Shown: piece by piece, positions 27,133 to 35,728 of the stretch | How positions within the stretch are numbered: position 1 is the stretch's first letter | How the letters are laid out: the number at the start of each line of letters is the position of its first letter | Assembly: GCA_964652585.1 (NCBI GenBank) | Contig: CAZZDA010000001.1 | Coordinates: forward strand, 1 to 56,859 | Origin: an uncultured Gammaproteobacteria bacterium | Lineage (GTDB): Bacteria > Patescibacteriota > Patescibacteriia > UBA1544 | Direction: 5' to 3' | DNA: 56,859 nt | Notes under the pieces: generated by a model | Told to the model about the DNA's origin: nothing | What the model saw: only the letters and a program-made list of their open reading frames with translations | Database searches by the model: none | Program-made: the position numbers and the translations under genes

Positions 27133-27954
27133 TTAAGAAGAAACCGTATCCAAAAACATTTGCTTCAATTGTTCATTGGTTAATTGATCAAGAATATCCG
27201 CTCCTACGCCTTGTTGTGCCAGCAATTCCCGCAGTTGCGCGCCGGTGAGTGTTTCCAGTGGATTTGCCGCTGCGCTACCGCCTTCTGTTGTACCAAGACC
27301 TGTGAGTGTTTGTTGATAGATCTCTAAAACCTCATCATCAGTCATTTGTTCAACCAACGCGGGATCCGCTCCTGACTGGAGCAGTAAGTCACGAATTTGC
27401 TGTGGAGTTGCAATGCCGCTCAAAATATCTGCCTCTATTCCTCCGGGTTGCGGCTGTCCGCCCGCTTCACCCGTACCTATACCGGGAAAGGTAAAATCTT
27501 CTTCTCCCGTGCTGGTATCTGCGTCCGGATTATCTAAGAATCCGCCAAAACAATTTTGTCCCGCGGGACAATTAGGATCATTACCGCTGTCAACCTCTTG
27601 CTTATCATTATACCCATCGGAATCCGTGTCCGTTAAGTACGGGCTGGTACCATAAATATCCAGCTCTTCTTTATCGCTCAAACCATCACCGTCTGTGTCC
27701 TTCAGCGCGTCCAAGTCACCAGTGAGCGGCTGCTGCAAATTATTCAATTCATCTTTGAGCGGTGTGATATCTCCATTTTGTAAAGGAACCGTAATGCGAT
27801 TTTTCAATTCCACAACACTGAGTGCGACAGCAAACACGCCAAGTAATAACAATGCACCCGCCAACAGTAATTGTTTTGGCGTGTACGGCTTCGGCGCGTC
27901 ATCTTTTTGTAAAAGCGCCTCGGTAAGCGTATCTTCATAGATGTTTTTTGCCAT
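27133..27954 (-). CDS. membrane-anchored protein with thrombospondin-type-3-like Ca-binding repeats
   Basis: TM helix LLLAGALLLLGVFAVALSVV, then DTDGDGLSDKEELDIYGTSPYLTDTDSDGYNDKQEVDSGNDP. Confidence 0.65.
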   Translation of the reverse strand: MAKNIYEDTLTEALLQKDDAPKPYTPKQLLLAGALLLLGVFAVALSVVELKNRITVPLQNGDITPLKDELNNLQQPLTGDLDALKDTDGDGLSDKEELDIYGTSPYLTDTDSDGYNDKQEVDSGNDPNCPAGQNCFGGFLDNPDADTSTGEEDFTFPGIGTGEAGGQPQPGGIEADILSGIATPQQIRDLLLQSGADPALVEQMTDDEVLEIYQQTLTGLGTTEGGSAAANPLETLTGAQLRELLAQQGVGADILDQLTNEQLKQMFLDTVSS

Positions 27955-27973
27955 TGTGGAAAAAGCTAAAAGT

Positions 27974-27982
27974 AGTATACCA
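27974..27982 (-). promoter_or_regulatory. extended -10 promoter element TGGTATACT
   Basis: Located 20 nt upstream of ATG 27954. A second TGGTATACT lies about 50 nt further upstream. Confidence 0.35.
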
Positions 27983-28082
27983 TGAAGTTGACATTCCTGA
28001 CACCATCATGTGTAAAAATCTTTTTATAGTATACCACAAATTTCTCATAACTCACAACTTGGAACTCAGAACTTTTAAATCC

Positions 28083-28934
28083 TTAAACATTGCAATTTTT
28101 AGATTCACGAAGTTTCAAGGACTTCGTAAGTTGTATCCAATCCTTTACCGAAAGTTCTTGAGCTCTTATGGTAGAAGAAAATCCTACATTCTTTACCATC
28201 GCATCCGCTTCGCTAACCGAAACATGCAATCCGGCACTTAAATTATTTTTCAACTGTTTTCGCCGAGCGGCAAAGCCAATACGTACAATTTGAAAAAGTT
28301 TTTTTTCTTCTTGCACGTTGAGTGGCAATGTTCTTTTCATTCGTAATCGCACCACAGCAGAGTCAACATTCGGTTGTGGATAAAAACTTGTCCTCGGTAC
28401 GGTAAAAAGATACTGCACTTCCATATAATATTGTACCGCTACCGCTATGATACTCATTGCACCCGCCTGCGCGGTAATACGTTCTGCGACTTCTTTTTGA
28501 AGCATGAGCGTCATTTCACTTGGCTTTGATGCAATTTCCCCAACAAACTTTTTTAAGAATTTTCCGGTTATTTGATAGGGTAGATTCGCAACTACCTTAT
28601 AGCCTTTATTTTCCAGCCCGAGTTCTTCCGGAGACATTTTTAAAATATCGTTGTTGACCACTTCTACTTTATTTAGGTGTTGGACACCTAAATATTCCGA
28701 AAGTTTTTTATCCATCTCTACCACTATCACTTTGCCGGCTTTGTGCGTAAGTCGCTCTGTGAGCACGCCAAAACCTCCGCCCACTTCCAATATTGTATCA
28801 CCTGACGTTACACCAGCTTCACGCATAAGACGATCCAGTACTTGTGCATCAACCAAAAAACATTGACCGGACTTCTTATCCGGCCGTACACCAAGCTTCT
28901 TGCAGAGTTGTTGTGTGTGTTCTAAAAGGGTCAT
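28083..28934 (-). CDS. rsmA: 16S rRNA (adenine1518/1519-N6)-dimethyltransferase RsmA/KsgA
   Basis: GQCFLVD..ILEVGGGFGVLTERL SAM-binding motif and NLPYQIT motif. Confidence 0.85.
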   Translation of the reverse strand: MTLLEHTQQLCKKLGVRPDKKSGQCFLVDAQVLDRLMREAGVTSGDTILEVGGGFGVLTERLTHKAGKVIVVEMDKKLSEYLGVQHLNKVEVVNNDILKMSPEELGLENKGYKVVANLPYQITGKFLKKFVGEIASKPSEMTLMLQKEVAERITAQAGAMSIIAVAVQYYMEVQYLFTVPRTSFYPQPNVDSAVVRLRMKRTLPLNVQEEKKLFQIVRIGFAARRKQLKNNLSAGLHVSVSEADAMVKNVGFSSTIRAQELSVKDWIQLTKSLKLRESKNCNV

Positions 28935-28968
28935 GCACAATAACGAAGTTGTTGAACACTTTGGTTAT

Positions 28969-30141
28969 TTATTTTTTTAGCAACATGTACAAGAGTGACA
29001 TAACGCCTGCGGTTATAAAGGAAATGGTCCAAAAATTATCACTGCCTCCCATTGCAAGAAGTGCTAACAGTATCACCGACATTGCAACTATCTTTCCCGC
29101 CACCAAACTCATTTCAAAAAAAACAACTCGCTTCATTGGACTTCCATGATTCGCATGCGTATACGTTATCGCCATTTGCGGTACGCGCGTTAAATGATCA
29201 GAAACTTGATACAGCATTTCTACAAAAAACACGCCACCAGCGCCTCGCGTAAAAATACGGGTGAACCACGACAAACTTTTGACGATAGAGCCGAAACGTA
29301 AAACCGATTGCCGATTGTATCGGTCGCTTAGTTTTCCCACGTACAGTACCGCGGCTGTGGAGATAAGTGTCGCGAGTGCAACCAATGATCCAACCGATAA
29401 ATAATCCTGTCCCACTGCCAAGAAAATAAATACCGGCCACAAGAACTGATACACCAACTCTTCTCCATAGCCCATATACGAGAACAGTGCACGGCGGTTA
29501 TCGCGACGCACAAGACGCTTGTACGAGTCTTTGTAGGAAAAATCTGTCGGAGTAAATTGTTCCGGTGTTTTGAGAAGTGGTATATTGGATGCCAAAATAC
29601 AAAAAGAGGCAACAATAAACAACACCGGAAAGCCGGTAAATTCAAGAATAAGCCCTCCGACCACTGGTCCAATGATAGTAGTAATATTATTAAGCGCTAT
29701 GAGATTGCTAATTTCCCTGCCACGCTCGCCATCCACGCTAAACCGCGCGAAGTCCGCGTTATACCCTTGCCAATAAAGCATTTTCTGCACGATAAGCATT
29801 ACTACCGCTACACCAATAAACAACGAGTGAATAGAAATGGCAAAAAGGGAGAGGTAGTAGAGTATCAGGAATGGTGTTGAAAAAAGAATGCCATGCTCAT
29901 AGCCTTTTTTACGCGCGATCTTTGCGCCCAGCGGCATGACAAAAAAATAGCCAACGTAGATGACAAGGTAAAATCCGACTATAGCCGGCAAACTAAATCC
30001 TTGTTTATAAAGATAGAGCGGTTCAAAAAGACCAACAGCAGCCACCGCAAAGTTCATGATCATGACCGAGGTGTAGAGCTCTTTGACCTGCGAGGTTGAC
30101 TTGCTTGCGAAGTAGGATTTGAAATAGGAATTGAATATCAT
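28969..30141 (-). CDS. MFS-type transporter (390 aa)
   Basis: About 12 hydrophobic helices and an MFS-like loop GAKIARKKGYEHG. Confidence 0.65.
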   Translation of the reverse strand: MIFNSYFKSYFASKSTSQVKELYTSVMIMNFAVAAVGLFEPLYLYKQGFSLPAIVGFYLVIYVGYFFVMPLGAKIARKKGYEHGILFSTPFLILYYLSLFAISIHSLFIGVAVVMLIVQKMLYWQGYNADFARFSVDGERGREISNLIALNNITTIIGPVVGGLILEFTGFPVLFIVASFCILASNIPLLKTPEQFTPTDFSYKDSYKRLVRRDNRRALFSYMGYGEELVYQFLWPVFIFLAVGQDYLSVGSLVALATLISTAAVLYVGKLSDRYNRQSVLRFGSIVKSLSWFTRIFTRGAGGVFFVEMLYQVSDHLTRVPQMAITYTHANHGSPMKRVVFFEMSLVAGKIVAMSVILLALLAMGGSDNFWTISFITAGVMSLLYMLLKK

Positions 30142-30250
30142 GTCTGTACTATATCAGATTTTAGAGAACGCTGGAATAGAAAGAATTGTAATAGTAAAAA
30201 AGTTTACAAACAATCCATATGGATTGTACTCTGAGTAGCGGTAATAAAGT

Positions 30251-30282
30251 GCTCATAATCTGACGGCCGTCAGATTATGAGC
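30251..30282 (-). terminator. perfect 32-nt palindrome, possible terminator after the tsaC-like gene
   Basis: Sequence is gctcataatctgacgg/ccgtcagattatgagc. It is followed by only a weak T tract on the minus strand. Confidence 0.35.
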
Positions 30283-30333
30283 AAGACATACTATTCACTT
30301 ATCCACTCTTTATTTTCTACTTCTTGCCATTTA

Positions 30334-31065
30334 CTATCTCCCTCTCTGTACACCAAACTTTATGACGCCTTGGCGAAGAATGGTTATCACGCCGTCGTCT
30401 TCCACTTTCGCAATAGTTGATGCTTTTTTTCGTGGGAGCGTGCCGCCGTCAATATAGAAGTCAGGATTGTCTTTTTTATTGTCATTCCCACTCATGTCAA
30501 ACATCGGATGTTTGACAAAGGTGGAGGGAGTGATTATTGGTGCGTTGTCGCCAAATTGTTTTTTGACCGCGGTAATAGTGTAGCACATAGGTTTTCCGGA
30601 AATGTTCGCACTGGTTGCGATAAGTGGTTTGCCTATTTTTTTAGAAAATTTGCGGGCAATAATATTATCCGGCACACGAATGGCAATAGCACCACCTGTC
30701 ATTCCGAGTCCATTCGACAAGCTCAGGATAAACTCCGCCGAGGAATCCCTTTCTTTAGATACAAGGGATCCCTCCGCTCGTCCGCTTATCAGCGTACTCG
30801 GTCGGGATGACAGAATGGGGTGATATTCCTCCCTCAAAGGAAGAATGAGGGTTAGGGGGCCGGGCCAGTGTTGTTTTGCCAGCTTTTTTGCTGTAGGTGA
30901 AAAGACACAATACTTTTCCGCCATAGCAAATGACGCCGCAATCCATGGAAAGGGCTTGTTGTTCGGTCGGCCTTTTATTTTTGCAATACGTTTATGTACT
31001 TCTGGATCAAATGCATCGCCCCCAATTGCGTACGCAGTGTCAGTTGGGTATATAATAATTTTCAT
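30334..31065 (-). CDS. tsaC: YrdC/TsaC-domain L-threonylcarbamoyladenylate synthase-like protein with about 40-aa repeat-derived insertion
   Basis: YPTDTAYAIGGDA, KGRPNNKPFPWI, WPGPLTLILP, IAIRVPDN and LIATSANISGKP motifs. Confidence 0.7.
   Translation of the reverse strand: MKIIIYPTDTAYAIGGDAFDPEVHKRIAKIKGRPNNKPFPWIAASFAMAEKYCVFSPTAKKLAKQHWPGPLTLILPLREEYHPILSSRPSTLISGRAEGSLVSKERDSSAEFILSLSNGLGMTGGAIAIRVPDNIIARKFSKKIGKPLIATSANISGKPMCYTITAVKKQFGDNAPIITPSTFVKHPMFDMSGNDNKKDNPDFYIDGGTLPRKKASTIAKVEDDGVITILRQGVIKFGVQRGR
30697..30812. repeat. composite family-2 element (two opposed units) inside the tsaC-like CDS
   Basis: tgtcattccgagtccattcgacaagctcaggataaactccgccgaggaatccc plus gggatccctccgctcgtccgcttatcagcgtactcggtcgggatgaca. 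Translated as HPILSSRPSTLISGRAEGSLVSKERDSSAEFILSLSNGLGMT. Confidence 0.85.
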
Positions 31066-31147
31066 GTCGTCTTACTATATTACAAACCCCGCGATAGAGC
31101 GGGGTTACTTTAATTACTTCACACCTGCTATAAGAACAAGAATATTT

Positions 31148-32083
31148 TTACTCACACTGCTTTTGTAATACAGCAACACGAAATCCATAACCACATTTGC
31201 CAGTATTACAGTCTGCATTTTCATCACATTTATCGCCAATATTCCCTTTGGTTCTGCAACAACCAGCATATTGTTGCTGTCCAGGTTTAGCACCTAAAAT
31301 ATCACATCGCTCTGCCATATTACATATATATGCGGAATCACTGCACTGACTATCATTATTATCTGTACATGCTTTGCTTTGCCCCGCTAGCGTTCCTTTA
31401 CAAAATGGTTGCTCTGTGCAACTGCCCGAAGATCCATCACATCGCCAGTTGCTAGGAAGATTTAATGCTGCAGGTGAACAAGTTTCTTGAGTAATACCTC
31501 TAGTTGCAACGTCTTGTATACCTGATATTTCCTTACACTGTGTTTCGGTGTATGGACCTTTTGCAGTATTGTAATCAATTCTACATACACAACAATTACT
31601 AACCACATCTTTTCTATTTATATCTGTAACCCCTATAGGTCCTAAAGTTACCAAGTCAGGACTTATGGTATTTAAAATAATAAATGACGCGAGGAGAAGC
31701 ACCATACCGGAAATTGCGCCAGTGATGTACTCCTTTGCTTTGCCGATACGTTCCATACTCCCACCGGAAGTGAGCCACATGATACCGCCGTACATCATCA
31801 TGATCACTGCCAAAATTGCGGTGCCGGGAACCGCGAAATTGAAAAAGGCAGAGATGTAGTCGCCGATGAGGGAATCTGAAACTTCTACATTACTTCCTTC
31901 AGAAAATCTTCCTGATCCGGGAATAGATATTCGAGGGCTAAATTTTAATGCATCAGCCGCAAAAACCGCAAGAGGAGATAGTAGAAAAAAAGCAACCATA
32001 AAAACAAGTGCCAGTTTATGGAAAGGGATTCCTCCACTTCGGTCGGAATGACAGTATGTTTGTTTTACTCCAAGTTTCGCCAT
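31148..32083 (-). CDS. TrbC/VirB2-like pilin-type protein with about 170-aa Cys-rich C-terminal extension
   Basis: Signal-like LALVFMVAFFLLSPLAVFA. Two-helix core FNFAVPGTAILAVIMMMYGGIMWLTSGGSMERIGKAKEYITGAISGMVLLLASFIIL. The tail has many Cys residues. The start is uncertain because the track N-terminus overlaps the toxin gene and a repeat. Confidence 0.55.
   Translation of the reverse strand: MAKLGVKQTYCHSDRSGGIPFHKLALVFMVAFFLLSPLAVFAADALKFSPRISIPGSGRFSEGSNVEVSDSLIGDYISAFFNFAVPGTAILAVIMMMYGGIMWLTSGGSMERIGKAKEYITGAISGMVLLLASFIILNTISPDLVTLGPIGVTDINRKDVVSNCCVCRIDYNTAKGPYTETQCKEISGIQDVATRGITQETCSPAALNLPSNWRCDGSSGSCTEQPFCKGTLAGQSKACTDNNDSQCSDSAYICNMAERCDILGAKPGQQQYAGCCRTKGNIGDKCDENADCNTGKCGYGFRVAVLQKQCE
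32025..32053. repeat. family-2 hairpin unit
   Basis: Sequence is gggattcctccacttcggtcggaatgaca. Confidence 0.8.
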
Positions 32084-32198
32084 TAGACGCTCTAAGCTTC
32101 GCAGGTGTCGGACACCCAAGAGGGTGGACGACACCTTTAGAGCGGCTAAAAGAAAGCGAAACTTTATTTTTTTACAAAATGAAAGCATGAAAAATATT

Positions 32199-32471
32199 TT
32201 ATTTTTTCGCCCATTTGGCATAGTCGTCATGGCTGCCAATATTTATAAGTAGGACATGGTTTTCTTCTTCAAATACAAAAAGCGCACGATAACCATCTCT
32301 CAAATAAAACGCATAGTATAAATCCAAGTTGCCGCGCAGTTTGTGCGTATTCAGTGAGAGATCAAAGGGATCACGAAAGAATACACTGATTCGCTTGTCA
32401 AAATCATTCCTGATAAGAGATGGTAATTTTTTGTATGAGCGTTTGAAACGGGATGTTATCTCAATGCGCAT
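32199..32471 (-). CDS. RelE/ParE-superfamily type II toxin
   Basis: MRIEITSRFKRSYKKLP..HKLRGNLDLYYAFYLRDGYRALFVFEEENHVLLINIGSHDDY fits the RelE/YafQ-like pattern. It starts 7 nt after the antitoxin stop. Confidence 0.7.
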   Translation of the reverse strand: MRIEITSRFKRSYKKLPSLIRNDFDKRISVFFRDPFDLSLNTHKLRGNLDLYYAFYLRDGYRALFVFEEENHVLLINIGSHDDYAKWAKK

Positions 32472-32478
32472 AGTATAA

Positions 32479-32718
32479 CTATGAGCGCAATTCTTTAACA
32501 AGAGATTTCGCAGAAGAAAACGACTTTGTTTTCCCAAGCGCGCGATGGAGGCGTGCTTCTGCTACCATTTCATCTATGGTGTTTGGTTCGTTCAGCTTTT
32601 TAAGCGCGGATACATCAATCTCACACACAATCTTTTTACCTCGCGTGGTTTTGTATAAACACCTAAGCGCGGTTAATGGCAGTGTTACCGCCGCAGGTTT
32701 TGTTGTTCTTATAGACAT
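32479..32718 (-). CDS. putative antitoxin (79 aa)
   Basis: Small ORF immediately upstream of the RelE-like gene, on the same strand. Confidence 0.55.
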   Translation of the reverse strand: MSIRTTKPAAVTLPLTALRCLYKTTRGKKIVCEIDVSALKKLNEPNTIDEMVAEARLHRALGKTKSFSSAKSLVKELRS

Positions 32719-32779
32719 ATATTGTATAGGTTAGATATCATGATTGTAACACGAAAAGGAAGAATGTGCAAAAAAAAAG

Positions 32780-32807
32780 AGATTCCTCCGCTTCGGTCGG
32801 AATGACA
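32780..32807. repeat. family-2 hairpin unit
   Basis: Sequence is agattcctccgcttcggtcggaatgaca, directly 3' of the leuS stop. Confidence 0.8.
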
Positions 32808-32814
32808 GAAAGAG

Positions 32815-35310
32815 CTAGAGAACAATACTCACTAATTTGCCTTGCACGACAAGAATCTTTTTTGGTTCTTTGCCATCAAACCACTTTTGTACGAGTTTAT
32901 TTTCTAATGCTATTTGCTTGAGCACCTTTTCAGATATGCTTGCGTCAACTGTAAATTTCGCCCGTACTTTACCGTTTATTTGCACCACTATTTCTCTTAC
33001 TTTCTCTTGGATGAGTTTTTTATTATATTGTGGCCAGGATTGGTGGAAGATGCTTTCTTTATTGCCCACATCTTCCCACAACTCTTCCGCCAAATGCGGC
33101 GCGAATGGTGCGAGTAGTTTTAAGAGTATTACGTACTGTTCTTTTGTTATTGATTCCGCTTGAGAAAACGTATTCACCAAGATCATCATGGCTGATACCG
33201 CGGTATTAAAACGAAAATTTTCTATATCTTCGGTTACTTTTTTTATGGTTCGATGTAAAAGCTGAGTTACTTCTTTAGCGGTCGCACCACTCTCAACCAC
33301 AGCAGCCCCAAGTGGAACGACCGCTACACGAGATTGCAGTTGCCACACTTTATCCAAAAACCTCCTCACACCAACAATACCCTTAGTGTTCCACGGCTTC
33401 GCATCTTCAAATGGTCCCATAAACATTTCATAGAGACGCATCGTGTCTGCTCCATACTCTTCTACCACTTCATCAGGATTCACTACATTACCCAAAGACT
33501 TGCTCATTTTTTGCCCGTCTTCTGCAAGGATCAAGCCTTGATTTTTAAGCTTGGCAAAGGGTTCATCAAAGTCAATATAGCCTGCATCACGCAACACTTT
33601 TGTAAAAAAACGTGCGTAGAGCAAGTGCATCACCGCATGCTCCGCGCCGCCCACATACATATCCACCGGCAGCCACTCTTTAATATTTTTTTTATCTGCA
33701 AAAGCCTTGGTGTTGTGCGCGTCCGTATAGCGAAAAAAGTACCAACTGGAACAGACAAACGTATCCATAGTATCCGACTCTCTTTTGGAGGGTGTATTGC
33801 AAGATGGGCACGCGACATTATGAAAACTTTTTGATTGCGTGAGAGGTGATTCGCCGGTTGGTCGAAAGTCAACGTCGGTCGGCAACTCTATCGGCAACTG
33901 ATCCTCCGGTATAGGAACCTCACCACAATGATCGCAATAGATAATAGGAATTGGCGCACCCCAATAGCGTTGGCGCGAAATAAGCCAATCGCGCAAGCGA
34001 TACTGCACTGTTTTTTCTCCTTTCACAAACTTAGTGATTTCCCACTTAGCTTTTTCACTATCCGTGCCGTCAAACTTTCCGGAGTTGATCATGGTGCCGG
34101 AGTCGGTGTAGCATCTATTGTTACTTTCCTCCTCAACATCGAGTGCATATCCCTCTCGCTTTTTAACACCCGATGTTTTCCCGGAAAGCGGTTTTATCAC
34201 TTCTCTTATCGGTAAATCATATTTTTTTGCAAACTCGTAGTCCCGTTCATCATGCGCGGGTACTGCCATAATAGATCCCGTACCATAGTTTGCAAGTACA
34301 TAATCAGCGATAAAAATTGGCAGCTCTTCATTGTTTGACGGATTCACTGCAACAAGACCTTGCAATCGCACTCCTGTTTTTTCTTGTGCCACATTCGTGC
34401 GCTCAATTTCCGTATGTCGCGCCGCGTGCTTCATATACTCCTCAACCTCTTTCCAATTGGCAATATGCTCTTTAAGTTGTTCTACCAAATCATGCTCAGG
34501 CGCCAATACCATATAGGTTGCGCCAAAGAGCGTATCAGGCCTGGTAGTGAAAACTTCTATGGTTTCTGCAACTTCTTGAGAATCTTTTACAAGTGCACTT
34601 CGTACTTGAAATTTTATTTTTGCTCCTTCAGATTTTCCTATCCAATTCTTCTGCATGAGCTTGATGGGTTTCGGCCAATCTATTTTTTCCAACCCTTCCA
34701 ACAACTGTTCCGCATAATCAGTGATCTTAAAGAACCATTGCTTCAATTGTTTTTGCACCACTTCATTTTTACACCGTTCGCACGCGCCATTAACTACCTG
34801 CTCATTCGCCAGCACGGTTTTGCAGCTCTCACACCAGTTCACCGCAGCTTCTTTGCGATACGCAAGTCCGCGCTTGTAGAGTAAAAGAAAAAACCACTGC
34901 GTCCATTTATAATATTCCGGTGATGAGGTATTTACTTCCCGATTCCAATCGAGCCAAAATCCAAAGCCTTTAATTTGCCGTCGAAAGTTTTTAATATTTT
35001 GTTCTGTTGTTTCTTTCGGATGTGCCCCGGTTTTGATAGCATAATTTTCCGCCGGCAATCCAAACGCATCCCACCCCATAGGGTGCAACACTTCATACCC
35101 TCGCATCGCTAAGTATCGAGCTGTGATGTCAGTCGCAATATATCCCAATGGATGTCCCACATGAAGTCCGGCAGCGGAAGGATAAGGAAACATATCCAAA
35201 AGATATTTTTTCGGTTTCTTTGAGCTATCGTCCGCCCTATGCAGTTGCTGCTCATCCCATATCTTTTGCCACTTTGGTTCTATATCTTTATGATTGTATC
35301 GTTGATCCAT
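32815..35310 (-). CDS. leuS: leucine--tRNA ligase
   Basis: YNHKDIEPKWQKIWDE, HVGHPLGY (HIGH), the KMSKS motif as QKMSKSLGN, and editing-domain motifs. ATG at 35310. Confidence 0.95.
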   Translation of the reverse strand: MDQRYNHKDIEPKWQKIWDEQQLHRADDSSKKPKKYLLDMFPYPSAAGLHVGHPLGYIATDITARYLAMRGYEVLHPMGWDAFGLPAENYAIKTGAHPKETTEQNIKNFRRQIKGFGFWLDWNREVNTSSPEYYKWTQWFFLLLYKRGLAYRKEAAVNWCESCKTVLANEQVVNGACERCKNEVVQKQLKQWFFKITDYAEQLLEGLEKIDWPKPIKLMQKNWIGKSEGAKIKFQVRSALVKDSQEVAETIEVFTTRPDTLFGATYMVLAPEHDLVEQLKEHIANWKEVEEYMKHAARHTEIERTNVAQEKTGVRLQGLVAVNPSNNEELPIFIADYVLANYGTGSIMAVPAHDERDYEFAKKYDLPIREVIKPLSGKTSGVKKREGYALDVEEESNNRCYTDSGTMINSGKFDGTDSEKAKWEITKFVKGEKTVQYRLRDWLISRQRYWGAPIPIIYCDHCGEVPIPEDQLPIELPTDVDFRPTGESPLTQSKSFHNVACPSCNTPSKRESDTMDTFVCSSWYFFRYTDAHNTKAFADKKNIKEWLPVDMYVGGAEHAVMHLLYARFFTKVLRDAGYIDFDEPFAKLKNQGLILAEDGQKMSKSLGNVVNPDEVVEEYGADTMRLYEMFMGPFEDAKPWNTKGIVGVRRFLDKVWQLQSRVAVVPLGAAVVESGATAKEVTQLLHRTIKKVTEDIENFRFNTAVSAMMILVNTFSQAESITKEQYVILLKLLAPFAPHLAEELWEDVGNKESIFHQSWPQYNKKLIQEKVREIVVQINGKVRAKFTVDASISEKVLKQIALENKLVQKWFDGKEPKKILVVQGKLVSIVL
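33277..33325. repeat. palindromic element family 3, copy 3, in-frame inside leuS
   Basis: Sequence is agcggtcgcaccactctcaaccacagcagccccaagtggaacgaccgct. Translated as AVVPLGAAVVESGATA. Confidence 0.9.
34124..34188. repeat. palindromic element family 1, copy D (shorter, more diverged), in-frame inside leuS
   Basis: Sequence is ctttcctcctcAACATCGAGTGcatatccctctcgctttttaACACCCGATGTTttcccggaaag. Translated as LSGKTSGVKKREGYALDVEEES. Confidence 0.8.
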
Positions 35311-35441
35311 ATTGTACATCCTATGCTTTTTTACTAAATAAATCAACAACTGTCCGACATCGCAAGCTACCTACAGAACAAACTCACGACATTCGATGTC
35401 GTGAGTTTTGGCAAACAGGAACAGACACGTCACGCGTCCCG

Positions 35442-35470
35442 TTGACAAAAGAAAGATATTGTAGTATTCT
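35442..35470 (+). promoter_or_regulatory. sigma70-like promoter
   Basis: TTGACA, 17-nt spacer, then TATTCT, about 35 nt upstream of the small-ORF pair. Confidence 0.4.
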
Positions 35471-35508
35471 GCATCAAACTTTCAACCGTTCTTTCTTTGG
35501 AGGATGTA

Positions 35509-35715
35509 ATGCCGAAAAAATGTTATCTCCCTTTAGTAATTGCCGCTGTACTTTTTATTGTAGCAGTATGCATCGGCTTTAACGCCGACTTCGCAAAGAA
35601 TGCGATTGCATACTATACGCTCAATACTTTGGGCATCATGTTTTTCCTTGTATTTTGCGTACTAAAGTTCAACGCTTCGGACATCTGTTCATCAGAAACA
35701 CCGCACAACTCTTAG
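35509..35715 (+). CDS. small hydrophobic protein (68 aa, two TM helices)
   Basis: GGAGGA Shine-Dalgarno 4 nt upstream of the ATG. It lies between a promoter-like site and a strong terminator. Confidence 0.45.
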   Translation: MPKKCYLPLVIAAVLFIVAVCIGFNADFAKNAIAYYTLNTLGIMFFLVFCVLKFNASDICSSETPHNS

Positions 35716-35728
35716 TTGGAGGAGAAAC

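Noticed and set aside
31148-32239. Long N-terminal extensions in the ORF track for several genes: pilin-like 31148..32239, parA 40834..41634, 14201..16012, the toxin 32199..32537 and 11495..12130.
   Set aside because: The extensions read through recognisable repeat units or overlap the neighbouring gene, and some begin at non-ATG codons. Internal ATGs give canonical N-termini, such as KGGVGKTT spacing or signal peptides.
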